From assembly GCA_963626585.1 (NCBI GenBank), contig CAVFYC010000003.1:2432-66431 (forward strand): a DNA stretch of 64,000 bases, written 5' to 3'. A program made the translations under genes and the position numbers. The notes under the pieces were generated by a model, which did not search any database, was not told the DNA's origin, and saw only the letters and a program-made list of their open reading frames with translations. Shown here piece by piece: positions 37,565 through 45,503 of the stretch. Numbering within the stretch: position 1 is the first letter of the stretch; each line of letters opens with the position of its first letter. This DNA is from Christensenellaceae bacterium Phil1. GTDB taxonomy: Bacteria; Bacteroidota; Bacteroidia; Bacteroidales; Bacteroidaceae.

Positions 37565-39622
37565 TTATATCGTTATGTTTATGCAGAAATTCAAGTCGCT
37601 TTTCGATGACGACGCGATAGTTTGCGCCCCAGTGCCGATTGTTTTGCGGTCGAAGTAATGTGTTATGCCGTATTTGGCGTAGCATCTTATTTTGTTGCCG
37701 ATTTTTGCGCTGCAAAGCAAACTAGCTCTGATTCCTTCGCCGTATAAATTAGAGAAGTTGGCATAGTTGTATTTTACGTTGCTTTCGTATGCGTAAATTC
37801 TCGTGGCGTAATTGCTCGTGTTGAAGTAACTTGCTGCCGAAGCCAGGGTAAATTTTTTCGACGTGTAGTTTACTCTTTGGCTTATGGCCCAGCCGTAGTT
37901 TGTTTTCCCTTTGTCGGTTGAAGATGAAAAGGAAAGGGAGGTTCGGGTGGCGATTTTGTTGAAAACGGCTCCCGCCTGAATTCTAACAAGGTTCTTGTTT
38001 TTGTCAGACGAATCGTTTGTTATATATATTGCGTCCAATTTGCGGTTGGTGAACTTCCATTCTGCTGAAACGAAATCCCCTTTTGTGTTGTGCAAATTTG
38101 CTTCAAAGAAAAGTTCTGTGCCGTTTACGGGTGCGCGATACTTGTAGGAGGGCCACGGAGAACGGAAGAAATCCGCGTAGCCTTGCAGGGTGAGCGATTT
38201 TAGGACCTCGCTTTTTGCACCGAGATAGACGCCCTGCTCATTGCTTACGCGCCCGGAACTTTTGAAACTCTCGGCATACGGCTGAACGTATTTCATGGAA
38301 TAACTGCGGAGGATGTTGACCAAAGTTGTTCGGTTTGTGGCGCGCCATTTTAAGGTATTTACAAAAGCAACTGCGCTTGTTTCGGAAATCGAAGCCTCTC
38401 CGCGGCTTGAAAGTGCCTTGTGGTTTATGGCATAATGCAGGGAGAACGCGTGGAAATCCTTGCCGCGCATGGCATAACGGTTGTATTCTGCATTGCGTGG
38501 CGAAAGCGTTTTGTCGTAATGCGTGCAGATTGCCGAGATACCGAGTTTCATTATCTTTTGGTCGTATGAAAAATCGCCGCCAAAGGTCAAATCGTTCAAA
38601 TTACCCCTGCGTTTTTGTTCGGTGAGGGTTCGGTGATATCCGTTGTTTGTTATTGAGGTAACTTTGTTGCTGTCGTTTATCACGGCATCGTTTGGCTTGT
38701 AGGAAACAAAGGCTGTGGTCAGAAATTTGCCCAACCTAAAACTGCCGGCAATGCCTCTGAAAAAATCGCGTTCCGAATAAGATGTGTGCGGAGTTATTAT
38801 ATTTCGGTTGTTATAGTAGGAAAGCGCGATTTTCTTGCCCGAAAAATATTGGTTTCCTGCAATAAGCCCTTCGCCAAGGTTTATCCGGTAATCGCCAAGC
38901 GCGATAGTGTATTTTCCGTTCTTTTGTTTTCTGAAGATATGGAACGAATATGAATCGAAAAGCGTGTTTCCTCTGCACGCAAAGGGTTCTCCTGCATCTT
39001 TTTCGGCAGAAAGTCCGTATTTCAACTCGTCTTTATAATTATATGAGTATTTGAAAGCCGCCCGATTCTTGTCGCCGAGATATTTGCTGTTGTCGTTGAG
39101 CGAATTGTCTTTGTATCCGGCGGCGGTATATAGCGGCGTCGCAAAATTTACGGCTATATCGTGGCGACCGCTGAGTATTAGTTTTTTTGCATCGGGCTTA
39201 GTGGGTTTTACAGGTCTGCATACGAGAAAAGCCGTGAGCAAGAAGCGCGTTTGATAATCGATGCGCGGGACAAGGGAAAGCTCTCCGAGCGAAAGCAACG
39301 GCCCGTATTTTGAAACGTAACTTAGAATGGAATCAACTTGAACGGGGGAAATGAACGGCAGTTCCAGAAGTTCGTCGCGCGAAGCCGTGTTAATGTCAAG
39401 GGGATTGTCGTGTATTGCGCGGAGTGCGTCGAGACGTTCTTCGCTAAGGCTTTGCGTTTCGTTGTCGTCAAAGTATGAGGTGGAGAATATTTCCACAAAT
39501 TCGTCCCAGGTGCAGGTTCGCATTCCGTATGTGCCGATGTTGTTGCCCTGCAAGGTTTGTGCGGAAACTTGCAATGCGGTGAAGAATAGGCAGAGTAGGG
39601 CGATGTGGAATTTCTTGGGCAT
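37565..39622 (-). CDS. Helix-hairpin-helix (ComEA-like) domain protein with a large beta-rich, possibly outer-membrane, C-terminal region
   Basis: Signal peptide MPKKFHIALLCLFFTALQVSAQ; HhH motif ..DINTASRDELLELPFISPVQVDSIL.. The rest is Tyr/Asn/Ser/Gly-rich with alternating beta-type sequence. ATG 39622 is preferred over GTG 39643. Confidence 0.65.
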   Translation of the reverse strand: MPKKFHIALLCLFFTALQVSAQTLQGNNIGTYGMRTCTWDEFVEIFSTSYFDDNETQSLSEERLDALRAIHDNPLDINTASRDELLELPFISPVQVDSILSYVSKYGPLLSLGELSLVPRIDYQTRFLLTAFLVCRPVKPTKPDAKKLILSGRHDIAVNFATPLYTAAGYKDNSLNDNSKYLGDKNRAAFKYSYNYKDELKYGLSAEKDAGEPFACRGNTLFDSYSFHIFRKQKNGKYTIALGDYRINLGEGLIAGNQYFSGKKIALSYYNNRNIITPHTSYSERDFFRGIAGSFRLGKFLTTAFVSYKPNDAVINDSNKVTSITNNGYHRTLTEQKRRGNLNDLTFGGDFSYDQKIMKLGISAICTHYDKTLSPRNAEYNRYAMRGKDFHAFSLHYAINHKALSSRGEASISETSAVAFVNTLKWRATNRTTLVNILRSYSMKYVQPYAESFKSSGRVSNEQGVYLGAKSEVLKSLTLQGYADFFRSPWPSYKYRAPVNGTELFFEANLHNTKGDFVSAEWKFTNRKLDAIYITNDSSDKNKNLVRIQAGAVFNKIATRTSLSFSSSTDKGKTNYGWAISQRVNYTSKKFTLASAASYFNTSNYATRIYAYESNVKYNYANFSNLYGEGIRASLLCSAKIGNKIRCYAKYGITHYFDRKTIGTGAQTIASSSKSDLNFCINITI

Positions 39623-39634
39623 AGTGTAAGCAAT

Positions 39635-39661
39635 GCGAGGCACCTTGGTTGGGTGCCTCGC
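39635..39661 (-). terminator. GC-rich hairpin between the kinase gene and the HhH gene
   Basis: GCGAGGCACC (39635-39644) pairs perfectly with GGTGCCTCGC (39652-39661) around a 7-nt loop. The U-tract on the minus strand is weak, so its role (attenuator or stabiliser) is uncertain. Confidence 0.4.
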
Positions 39662-39668
39662 GTTGTTG

Positions 39669-40763
39669 TCAGTTGAGTGAGGAAATATATTCCTTCATGT
39701 CGTTTTCTTGTTGCTCGGCGCTCAGGAACAGTTTGAATTGCGCCTTGGCCCTCACCAGATTGTGTTCGGGATATTCGGTGCGGAAATAGGTGTCGCCGTT
39801 GAGATAGTCGGCAAGGAATCTCACAGTCTGCATATAGGGGAAGAGTTCTGCTGCATAGGGCAGATTGTCTTTCTCTATGGGTGTGAGGAATGCGCTTGCG
39901 GTTTTGAGGTATCCTTTGGTGAATGCCTTGAATATCTCGAGATTGAAATTAACTTTGCTTAAATCCGGTTCGTCTTCTTTTGAAGTGTTGGCTGCATAGC
40001 GCAGAAAATCGCCGAAATCGGAGAATACGTAGCTTGGCATCACTGTGTCGAGATCGATGACGCACAAAACTTTGTCGGTATGGGCATCAAACATCATGTT
40101 GTTGACTTTTGTGTCGCAGTGGCAGATACGTTTCGGAAGTTTTCCCTCTCTGTGCAGGCGTTCGGCGAGAGTCATTTTCTCGGCGCGGCTTTCTATTTCG
40201 TCTATAAATTCTTTCACGCCTTCTGCTCTCCCCGACAGGTTGTCTTTCACAGCGTCGCGGAGTTGTTGCAGGCGGAATTCCATGTTGTGGAAGTCTTTGA
40301 TTGTCTCACCAAGTTCCACGGGAATGTCGGCAAGCATGGCTTCGAAATTGCCGAATGCCTCGCCCACGGTGTAGGAACTTTCGGGGGTAACGGCTTCTTT
40401 GGTTATGGCATCTGGAATATAGACCATAATGCGCCAATATTTCCCGGATTCAAACAGATAGTATTTATCGTTTTCGTCTTTTAGCGGAACGAAACGTAGG
40501 CATTTGCGCTCGATGTCGGTTTCGCCGGCCTCGGTGAGTTTCTTGCGGATATGGTTGGTTACGGCAATGATGTTGCGCATAAGCAAGTCGATATCGGGGA
40601 AAACTGCGTGGTTGATACACTGCAACACGTAGTCGGGCGCGTTGTCTTGTGTGGTAACTTTGTAGGTAGAGTTGATTAAACCGTTGCCAAGGGGCTTGAT
40701 GTCTTCAATTTTTCCCGTGATGGCAAATTTGCTTACGATAGTTTTTAGGATTTCTTGTTCCAT
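39669..40763 (-). CDS. APH-family phosphotransferase (NahK/sugar anomeric kinase-like)
   Basis: ..GNGLINSTYKV.., catalytic loop ..ICHCDTKVNNMMF.. and ..IDLDTV.. ATG 40763 is used because a -7 box overlaps the ORF-track start at 40793. Confidence 0.75.
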   Translation of the reverse strand: MEQEILKTIVSKFAITGKIEDIKPLGNGLINSTYKVTTQDNAPDYVLQCINHAVFPDIDLLMRNIIAVTNHIRKKLTEAGETDIERKCLRFVPLKDENDKYYLFESGKYWRIMVYIPDAITKEAVTPESSYTVGEAFGNFEAMLADIPVELGETIKDFHNMEFRLQQLRDAVKDNLSGRAEGVKEFIDEIESRAEKMTLAERLHREGKLPKRICHCDTKVNNMMFDAHTDKVLCVIDLDTVMPSYVFSDFGDFLRYAANTSKEDEPDLSKVNFNLEIFKAFTKGYLKTASAFLTPIEKDNLPYAAELFPYMQTVRFLADYLNGDTYFRTEYPEHNLVRAKAQFKLFLSAEQQENDMKEYISSLN

Positions 40764-40790
40764 GTTATTCTCTGTTAGTTTGTTCTTTTG

Positions 40791-40798
40791 CAAATGTA
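40791..40798 (-). promoter_or_regulatory. -7 box TACATTTG (minus strand) upstream of the kinase gene
   Basis: The plus strand reads CAAATGTA, 28 nt upstream of ATG 40763. Confidence 0.55.
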
Positions 40799-40911
40799 CG
40801 TAAAAACGGCGAAAGCGCCTATTTTACCGGGAATAAAATGCTTTGTACAGCACGATAGAGTGGGGCATATTTTGAACGTTTGTAATATGTTGTAAATCAG
40901 ACGTGCTTTTT

Positions 40912-41016
40912 CGCGAAAACGATGTCTGACATAATTTAAATTCCGACGCATCTAATTTAAATTAGGTCTGACCTAGTTTTTACGATATCAGATGTTTTTT
41001 CAAAAAGATGCCTTGT
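40912..41016 (+). repeat. Mosaic palindromic intergenic repeat, copy G
   Basis: CGCGAAAACG|ATGTCTGACAT|AATTTAAATT|CCGACGCATCT|AATTTAAATT|AGGTCTGACCT|AGTTTTTACG|ATATCAGATGT|TTTTTCAAAA|AGATGCCTTGT. Words start at 40922, 40943, 40964, 40985 and 41006, each exactly 21 nt apart. Confidence 0.92.
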
Positions 41017-41032
41017 TATATTTTCTACTTCG

Positions 41033-41040
41033 TATTTTTG
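41033..41040 (+). promoter_or_regulatory. -7 box TATTTTTG upstream of the DUF6377 regulator gene
   Basis: TAnnTTTG match, 24 nt before ATG 41064 and 16 nt after the last word of repeat G. Confidence 0.55.
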
Positions 41041-41063
41041 CATTTTCAGAATAAGAGAGAAAT

Positions 41064-42770
41064 ATGATTTTCAGCAATTACGTGGCAAAAACGTCAGGCA
41101 GGGGAGGGCTCGAAACGTGGGGTTTGCCGATAAAGATAGTGTTTTCTTTGATTTTTGTATGGTTGGCTTCTTCACCAAGTCTGTTTGCCGAATCGTGTCA
41201 TACCATGTGTGCCGAAAAAGATTTGAAGACTTTGGACTCTGTTGTGGCAAAGCGAGATGTGTATGACGCGAAAAAACTCGAAGCCATTGCCAAAATCAAA
41301 CAGAGAATATCCATTTATATCTCGCCGCAGGACCAATACAATTATTATAAGCAACTGTATGACGAATATCTGAAGTTCAATGCAGACTCAGCCATGCATT
41401 ATGCCGAAAAGGAGAAAGCTGTGGCACGGCAAAACAACTTTGAAGATTTGTATCTGCTGGCTATGATTGACGAAGCGTATGTTGTTACCCTTCAAGGCGA
41501 TATGCTGAAAGCCAGAAACATTATGGACAAGATAGGACGCATTGAAACCGTTCCGCAATGCGCCCGAACAAAGTTGGCAATGCTCAACCTTGAATTCTAC
41601 ATGCGGGCAATACAAGTGGGATTCTACAAACCGGTGATGACTCAGGCATATGAACTCTACGACAAATACAGCGGATATCTTCCCGACAATATGTGGCAGA
41701 AAAACTACTACGGGGTGATGTTTCTGAAACTGGACAAGTTTTCCGAACTAACGGAGGAATTGAAAAAAACAAAGCAACCGTCTCCCAAGGCCGCAATGCT
41801 GTGCGTTGCAATATCAAGGCTCTGCTGGACAAAAAAAGACATCGGCAATTATCTGCACTATCTTATTCTCTCGGCAATCAACGATATTTGCTCTTCAAAC
41901 AAGGAAGCATCGTCGCTCTTGTTTCTCGTTTCTTCGCCATACTCAAATCTCGACACAGACAGGGCTTTCAATTACGTGATGGTGTGCAACGAAAATGCCA
42001 ATGCTTTTAAGGACGTGATGAGAAGCGTGGAAGTTGTAAATGCACATACAAAGATTACACGAGATTATCAGAGAAAGTTGCAACAGAAAACGCATTTCCT
42101 TTACGGAGTAATAGGACTGTTGGCGCTCGCAGTGGTCGCAATTTGGTTGTTGATGAGAAACGTGGTGAAGAAACGCCGCAAACAAGATTCTTTGCTGAAA
42201 AAGCTGGAGCAGATGAACCATTCGCTCGAAACAATGGTGGAGAAAGAATCAGTGATGAAAAGCAAACTCGAAAAATCGAACGGTTTGCTTAAAAGGGAAA
42301 TCACTTACCATAACCAAAACTTCATAAATGTTTACCAACTTGTAACGAAGTATATAGCCGAGGTGCAGGAGTTTCGAAAAATGGTCTATAATCTCGTAAC
42401 TGCCAGCAAATATAGCAAGGCGCGCCAGGAACTTCTTTCAAACGCCAACTCGGAAAAATATCTCAAAAACTTCTTTGAGCATTTCGACAAGGCATTCCTT
42501 CTTTCCCACCCCGATTTCGTGAGCCGTTTCAACGCTCTTCTAAAACCCGGCCACGAGATAATTCCGCAGGAAAAAGGAAAGCTCACACCCGAGTTGCGCA
42601 TTTATGCTCTTGTGAGCCTTGGCGTAACCGACAGTGTGAGCATTGCCCAATTCTTACACTATTCTACACAGACCGTATATAACTATCGTTTAAAAGTTAG
42701 ACACTCGTCGTGTATTCCAGAAAAGTCGTTTGCAGAAACTGTGGCTAAAATGTATGAGAATGAAGCTTAG
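41064..42770 (+). CDS. DUF6377-like membrane-anchored transcriptional regulator (TPR-like N-domain, TM, coiled coil, C-terminal HTH)
   Basis: TM helix near residue 350 (..LYGVIGLLALAVVAIWLLM). C-terminus ..LTPELRIYALVSLGVTDSVSIAQFLHYSTQTVYNYRLKVR is typical of this Bacteroidetes regulator family. Confidence 0.75.
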   Translation: MIFSNYVAKTSGRGGLETWGLPIKIVFSLIFVWLASSPSLFAESCHTMCAEKDLKTLDSVVAKRDVYDAKKLEAIAKIKQRISIYISPQDQYNYYKQLYDEYLKFNADSAMHYAEKEKAVARQNNFEDLYLLAMIDEAYVVTLQGDMLKARNIMDKIGRIETVPQCARTKLAMLNLEFYMRAIQVGFYKPVMTQAYELYDKYSGYLPDNMWQKNYYGVMFLKLDKFSELTEELKKTKQPSPKAAMLCVAISRLCWTKKDIGNYLHYLILSAINDICSSNKEASSLLFLVSSPYSNLDTDRAFNYVMVCNENANAFKDVMRSVEVVNAHTKITRDYQRKLQQKTHFLYGVIGLLALAVVAIWLLMRNVVKKRRKQDSLLKKLEQMNHSLETMVEKESVMKSKLEKSNGLLKREITYHNQNFINVYQLVTKYIAEVQEFRKMVYNLVTASKYSKARQELLSNANSEKYLKNFFEHFDKAFLLSHPDFVSRFNALLKPGHEIIPQEKGKLTPELRIYALVSLGVTDSVSIAQFLHYSTQTVYNYRLKVRHSSCIPEKSFAETVAKMYENEA

Positions 42771-43755
42771 CCACCATATCGCCAAACATTAGCCTCGTGT
42801 CTAGCTGCGTATAAACACGGATAATCCGGCCCGAAGGATTTGGCAAGTACTGTCCGTGGTCATCTATTTTGGGACATGGTGTGGGCTGCCAGCGACTACT
42901 GCACGGATCCGCCTCGAATCCGCTTTGCAATGACGTGAGCAATACCAACGGAGAGTCGCCTAATATATATGTCTCGCCCATTGCGATGCCCAATTTCTCA
43001 CATGTTTCCATCACTTTGTCTATGCTGTCGCTAAGATAAGCCCCAAGTTTCCCACAAGGTTTTACATAAGCGTGCATTTCGTCGGTGCTGTAAAGACATT
43101 GTCGGTAAGCGTCGCGCGGAATCTGCCAAATTCTTACATCACTTCTGTTGAAAACCACCTGACCTGCCGGAATGCAAAGATTAAGATTGTATTCCACGGC
43201 AGAATATCCCGGAGGCGGAACGGCACCAAAGCTATATTCTTGCCCGCCAATCCATACAATTACGATATTCTTGCTTATAGTAGAATCGAGAAGCAATGCG
43301 CTCGCAACGTTGGTAAGTGCTGCGCCGCAGGTAACGAACAAAGGTTTTTCGGGAGTGCATTTCTTTGCTTCGGCAATAATCAGCCGCGCCCCTTCAGAGT
43401 CTATTGGTTTGTCGGCAGAAGTCATCGCGCTTTCGGCACCGGGCACAACTTTAAAGTTGCCCTTTTGTTTCATCACTTCGAGCAGCGCATTGGCTTTTTC
43501 AACCGACTCTGTTGCCTGGTCTTTCCGTGAAGAAAATCCTGCGCCGTTGTTCAGATGTCCTCCAACGATTCCTACGATTTCGGTAGTGGGCGAAAGAACT
43601 TGTTGCGCGAGGGCAAACAATCCGTCGGGGTCGCCGCAAAAATCGTTGTCAATTAAAACTTTTACCTTTTTTATTTTAATCGGGTTGGCTGCCTGATTAG
43701 TGGCAACCATACCCGAGAAAAATAAGGTTAGTATAGTGAATAATAGTTTTTTCAC
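42745..43755 (-). CDS. Secreted nucleoside hydrolase-like protein (IUNH fold)
   Basis: Signal peptide; ..LIDNDFCGDPDGLFALAQ.. Asp-rich N-terminal motif. The 3' end overlaps the convergent DUF6377 gene by 26 nt. Confidence 0.75.
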   Translation of the reverse strand: MKKLLFTILTLFFSGMVATNQAANPIKIKKVKVLIDNDFCGDPDGLFALAQQVLSPTTEIVGIVGGHLNNGAGFSSRKDQATESVEKANALLEVMKQKGNFKVVPGAESAMTSADKPIDSEGARLIIAEAKKCTPEKPLFVTCGAALTNVASALLLDSTISKNIVIVWIGGQEYSFGAVPPPGYSAVEYNLNLCIPAGQVVFNRSDVRIWQIPRDAYRQCLYSTDEMHAYVKPCGKLGAYLSDSIDKVMETCEKLGIAMGETYILGDSPLVLLTSLQSGFEADPCSSRWQPTPCPKIDDHGQYLPNPSGRIIRVYTQLDTRLMFGDMVAKLHSHTF

Positions 43756-45359
43756 TGCTTGTTCCAGATTAGTTTGTCGATGAAATTATAGCGGTTCTCC
43801 ATCTTGGCGTCAGCCTTTACGGTGGTGTTTACATCAAGTTGGAGCACGGGGGCAACATCTTTGCCGTTGGTCGAAGGCCATTCCACAAGTCCGAGACCAT
43901 TTGGGTTGCCGGTTTTCACGAAGTTGACATAATAGTTGCTGAATATGTCGGAAACTAAATAATCTTCGGGTTGCCAGTCATACACGCGGTTTGTTGGTAA
44001 TGTGCCCATGGCATATTCTATATCTGCGGAGTGTACTGCGCCTTTTTCTTGTGGCTTGGCGGCTTCATTGTCTTTGGCATCTTGCACACCGCCTGCGAGT
44101 CCGGCAACTTTTCCTTTGATTGCCATTGCGGGACGTGGGTGGCAATAACGATAACGATACACCGGCTGCCCGCTTGTAAGCTTGTGCATGTTTCCCCATT
44201 TCCATGTGGAATAATCGATAAACATGTCGCTTGCCAAATCAACGCCCGGACGGTCGTTTACATCTGCGTCGGTATTTATGCCATAGAGTTTGAACGCTTC
44301 GTCAACGGCTTCTCCGAAAACTCGCTTGGCTGCAGCTTTTGCGTTCTCTACTGTTGCCGGTTTCCCGCCCAATATAAATGCGGGAGTCATCTCTTGATTG
44401 TTACCGCCGATGAGCAAAGGAACTTTTGCCTGCTGACCTTTGGCAAATGTTTCCTGTGGCTGTTCGGTGAAGAAGTATCCGTCGATGTTGCAGTTGGGTT
44501 TGCTTTTTACGGCTGCGAGTTTCAGGAGTTCTTCTGCGGGAATGGCACGAAGTTGTTTCAGATTCTTGCACCCAATTTTCTTCATTGTTTCAACGCCAGC
44601 TCTTTCATTGTCTTTCAAAGTTGATATGCGCTGAAAACCAATTACGGAACCGCTTGAACCGATTGCGCGTGCAAACAGATTTTTGCTTAATGGCGAAACC
44701 ATTAGGGCAGACACCGACATAGAGCCTGCCGATTCGCCGCAAATGGTTATCTGTTCAGGGTCGCCGCCAAAGGCTGCAATATTTTCTTTCACCCATTTAA
44801 TGGCTGCGGCCTGGTCCATGAAACCATAGTTGCCCGAGCCTTTGTAGCTCGTTTCTTTGGAAAGTTCGGGAAGGGCAAAGAACCCGAAAATTCCTTCGCG
44901 GTAGTTGGCGGTTATGGATATGATGCCTTTGCGTGCCATGGCGTCGCCGGCATAGCGCGGTTCGCTTCCGCTGCCACACATAAGCCCGCCGCCGTTGAAG
45001 TATATGAGCACCGGCAGTTTCTCGTTCATTTGTTTTGCAGGAGTCCAAATGTTGAGGTACAGACAATCCTCGCTGTTTTTACTTGTACCGAAATTCATGT
45101 CTCCAAACAGGTTTTCCTGCATAGGATTCGGGCCGAATTCGTTGGCTTTGCGCACACCTTGCCATTTCTCCACGGGTTGCGGAGCTTTCCAGCGCAGATC
45201 TCCCACGGGAGGTGCTGCAAATGGAACGCCTTTGAATACCTTTATGCCCGATTCGTTCACGCCTTCGAGAATGCCGTCGGCAGTCTTTACTTGTGGGTTT
45301 TGGGCTGCAACGCCTATGAACAAGGCTAATGCACTCAAAGTCAATAATATCTTTTTCAT
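43752..45359 (-). CDS. Type-B carboxylesterase/lipase family protein
   Basis: Signal peptide; ..EDCLYLNIWTP.., nucleophile elbow GESAGS. Confidence 0.9.
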   Translation of the reverse strand: MKKILLTLSALALFIGVAAQNPQVKTADGILEGVNESGIKVFKGVPFAAPPVGDLRWKAPQPVEKWQGVRKANEFGPNPMQENLFGDMNFGTSKNSEDCLYLNIWTPAKQMNEKLPVLIYFNGGGLMCGSGSEPRYAGDAMARKGIISITANYREGIFGFFALPELSKETSYKGSGNYGFMDQAAAIKWVKENIAAFGGDPEQITICGESAGSMSVSALMVSPLSKNLFARAIGSSGSVIGFQRISTLKDNERAGVETMKKIGCKNLKQLRAIPAEELLKLAAVKSKPNCNIDGYFFTEQPQETFAKGQQAKVPLLIGGNNQEMTPAFILGGKPATVENAKAAAKRVFGEAVDEAFKLYGINTDADVNDRPGVDLASDMFIDYSTWKWGNMHKLTSGQPVYRYRYCHPRPAMAIKGKVAGLAGGVQDAKDNEAAKPQEKGAVHSADIEYAMGTLPTNRVYDWQPEDYLVSDIFSNYYVNFVKTGNPNGLGLVEWPSTNGKDVAPVLQLDVNTTVKADAKMENRYNFIDKLIWNKQ

Positions 45360-45391
45360 GATCGTATGAAATTGGTTCTACTATTTTTTAT

Positions 45392-45475
45392 TGATTTTAC
45401 GACATCGGATATCGCGAAAACTAGGTCAGACATAATTTAAACTAGGTCTGATATAATTTAAACTAGATGCCTTGT
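45392..45475 (+). repeat. Mosaic palindromic intergenic repeat, copy H (AATTTAAACT spacer variant)
   Basis: TGATTTTACG|ACATCGGATAT|CGCGAAAACT|AGGTCAGACAT|AATTTAAACT|AGGTCTGATAT|AATTTAAACT|AGATGCCTTGT. Words start at 45402, 45423, 45444 and 45465. Confidence 0.85.
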
Positions 45476-45503
45476 CGTTTTATTGTTTTTTAGGTGCTGA
45501 ATT

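Noticed and set aside
40912-41016. The regularly spaced 21-nt arrays could be miniature CRISPR arrays.
   Set aside because: Each array has only 3-5 units. The constant part is only 10 nt and AT-rich, the variable 11-mers recur between loci in both orientations, and no cas genes or leader are present.
42745-42770. The 26-nt convergent overlap of the DUF6377 regulator and nucleoside hydrolase genes could be a sign of frameshift or mis-annotation.
   Set aside because: Both reading frames give family-typical C-termini up to their stops. Short convergent overlaps occur naturally, and I see no evidence of disruption.
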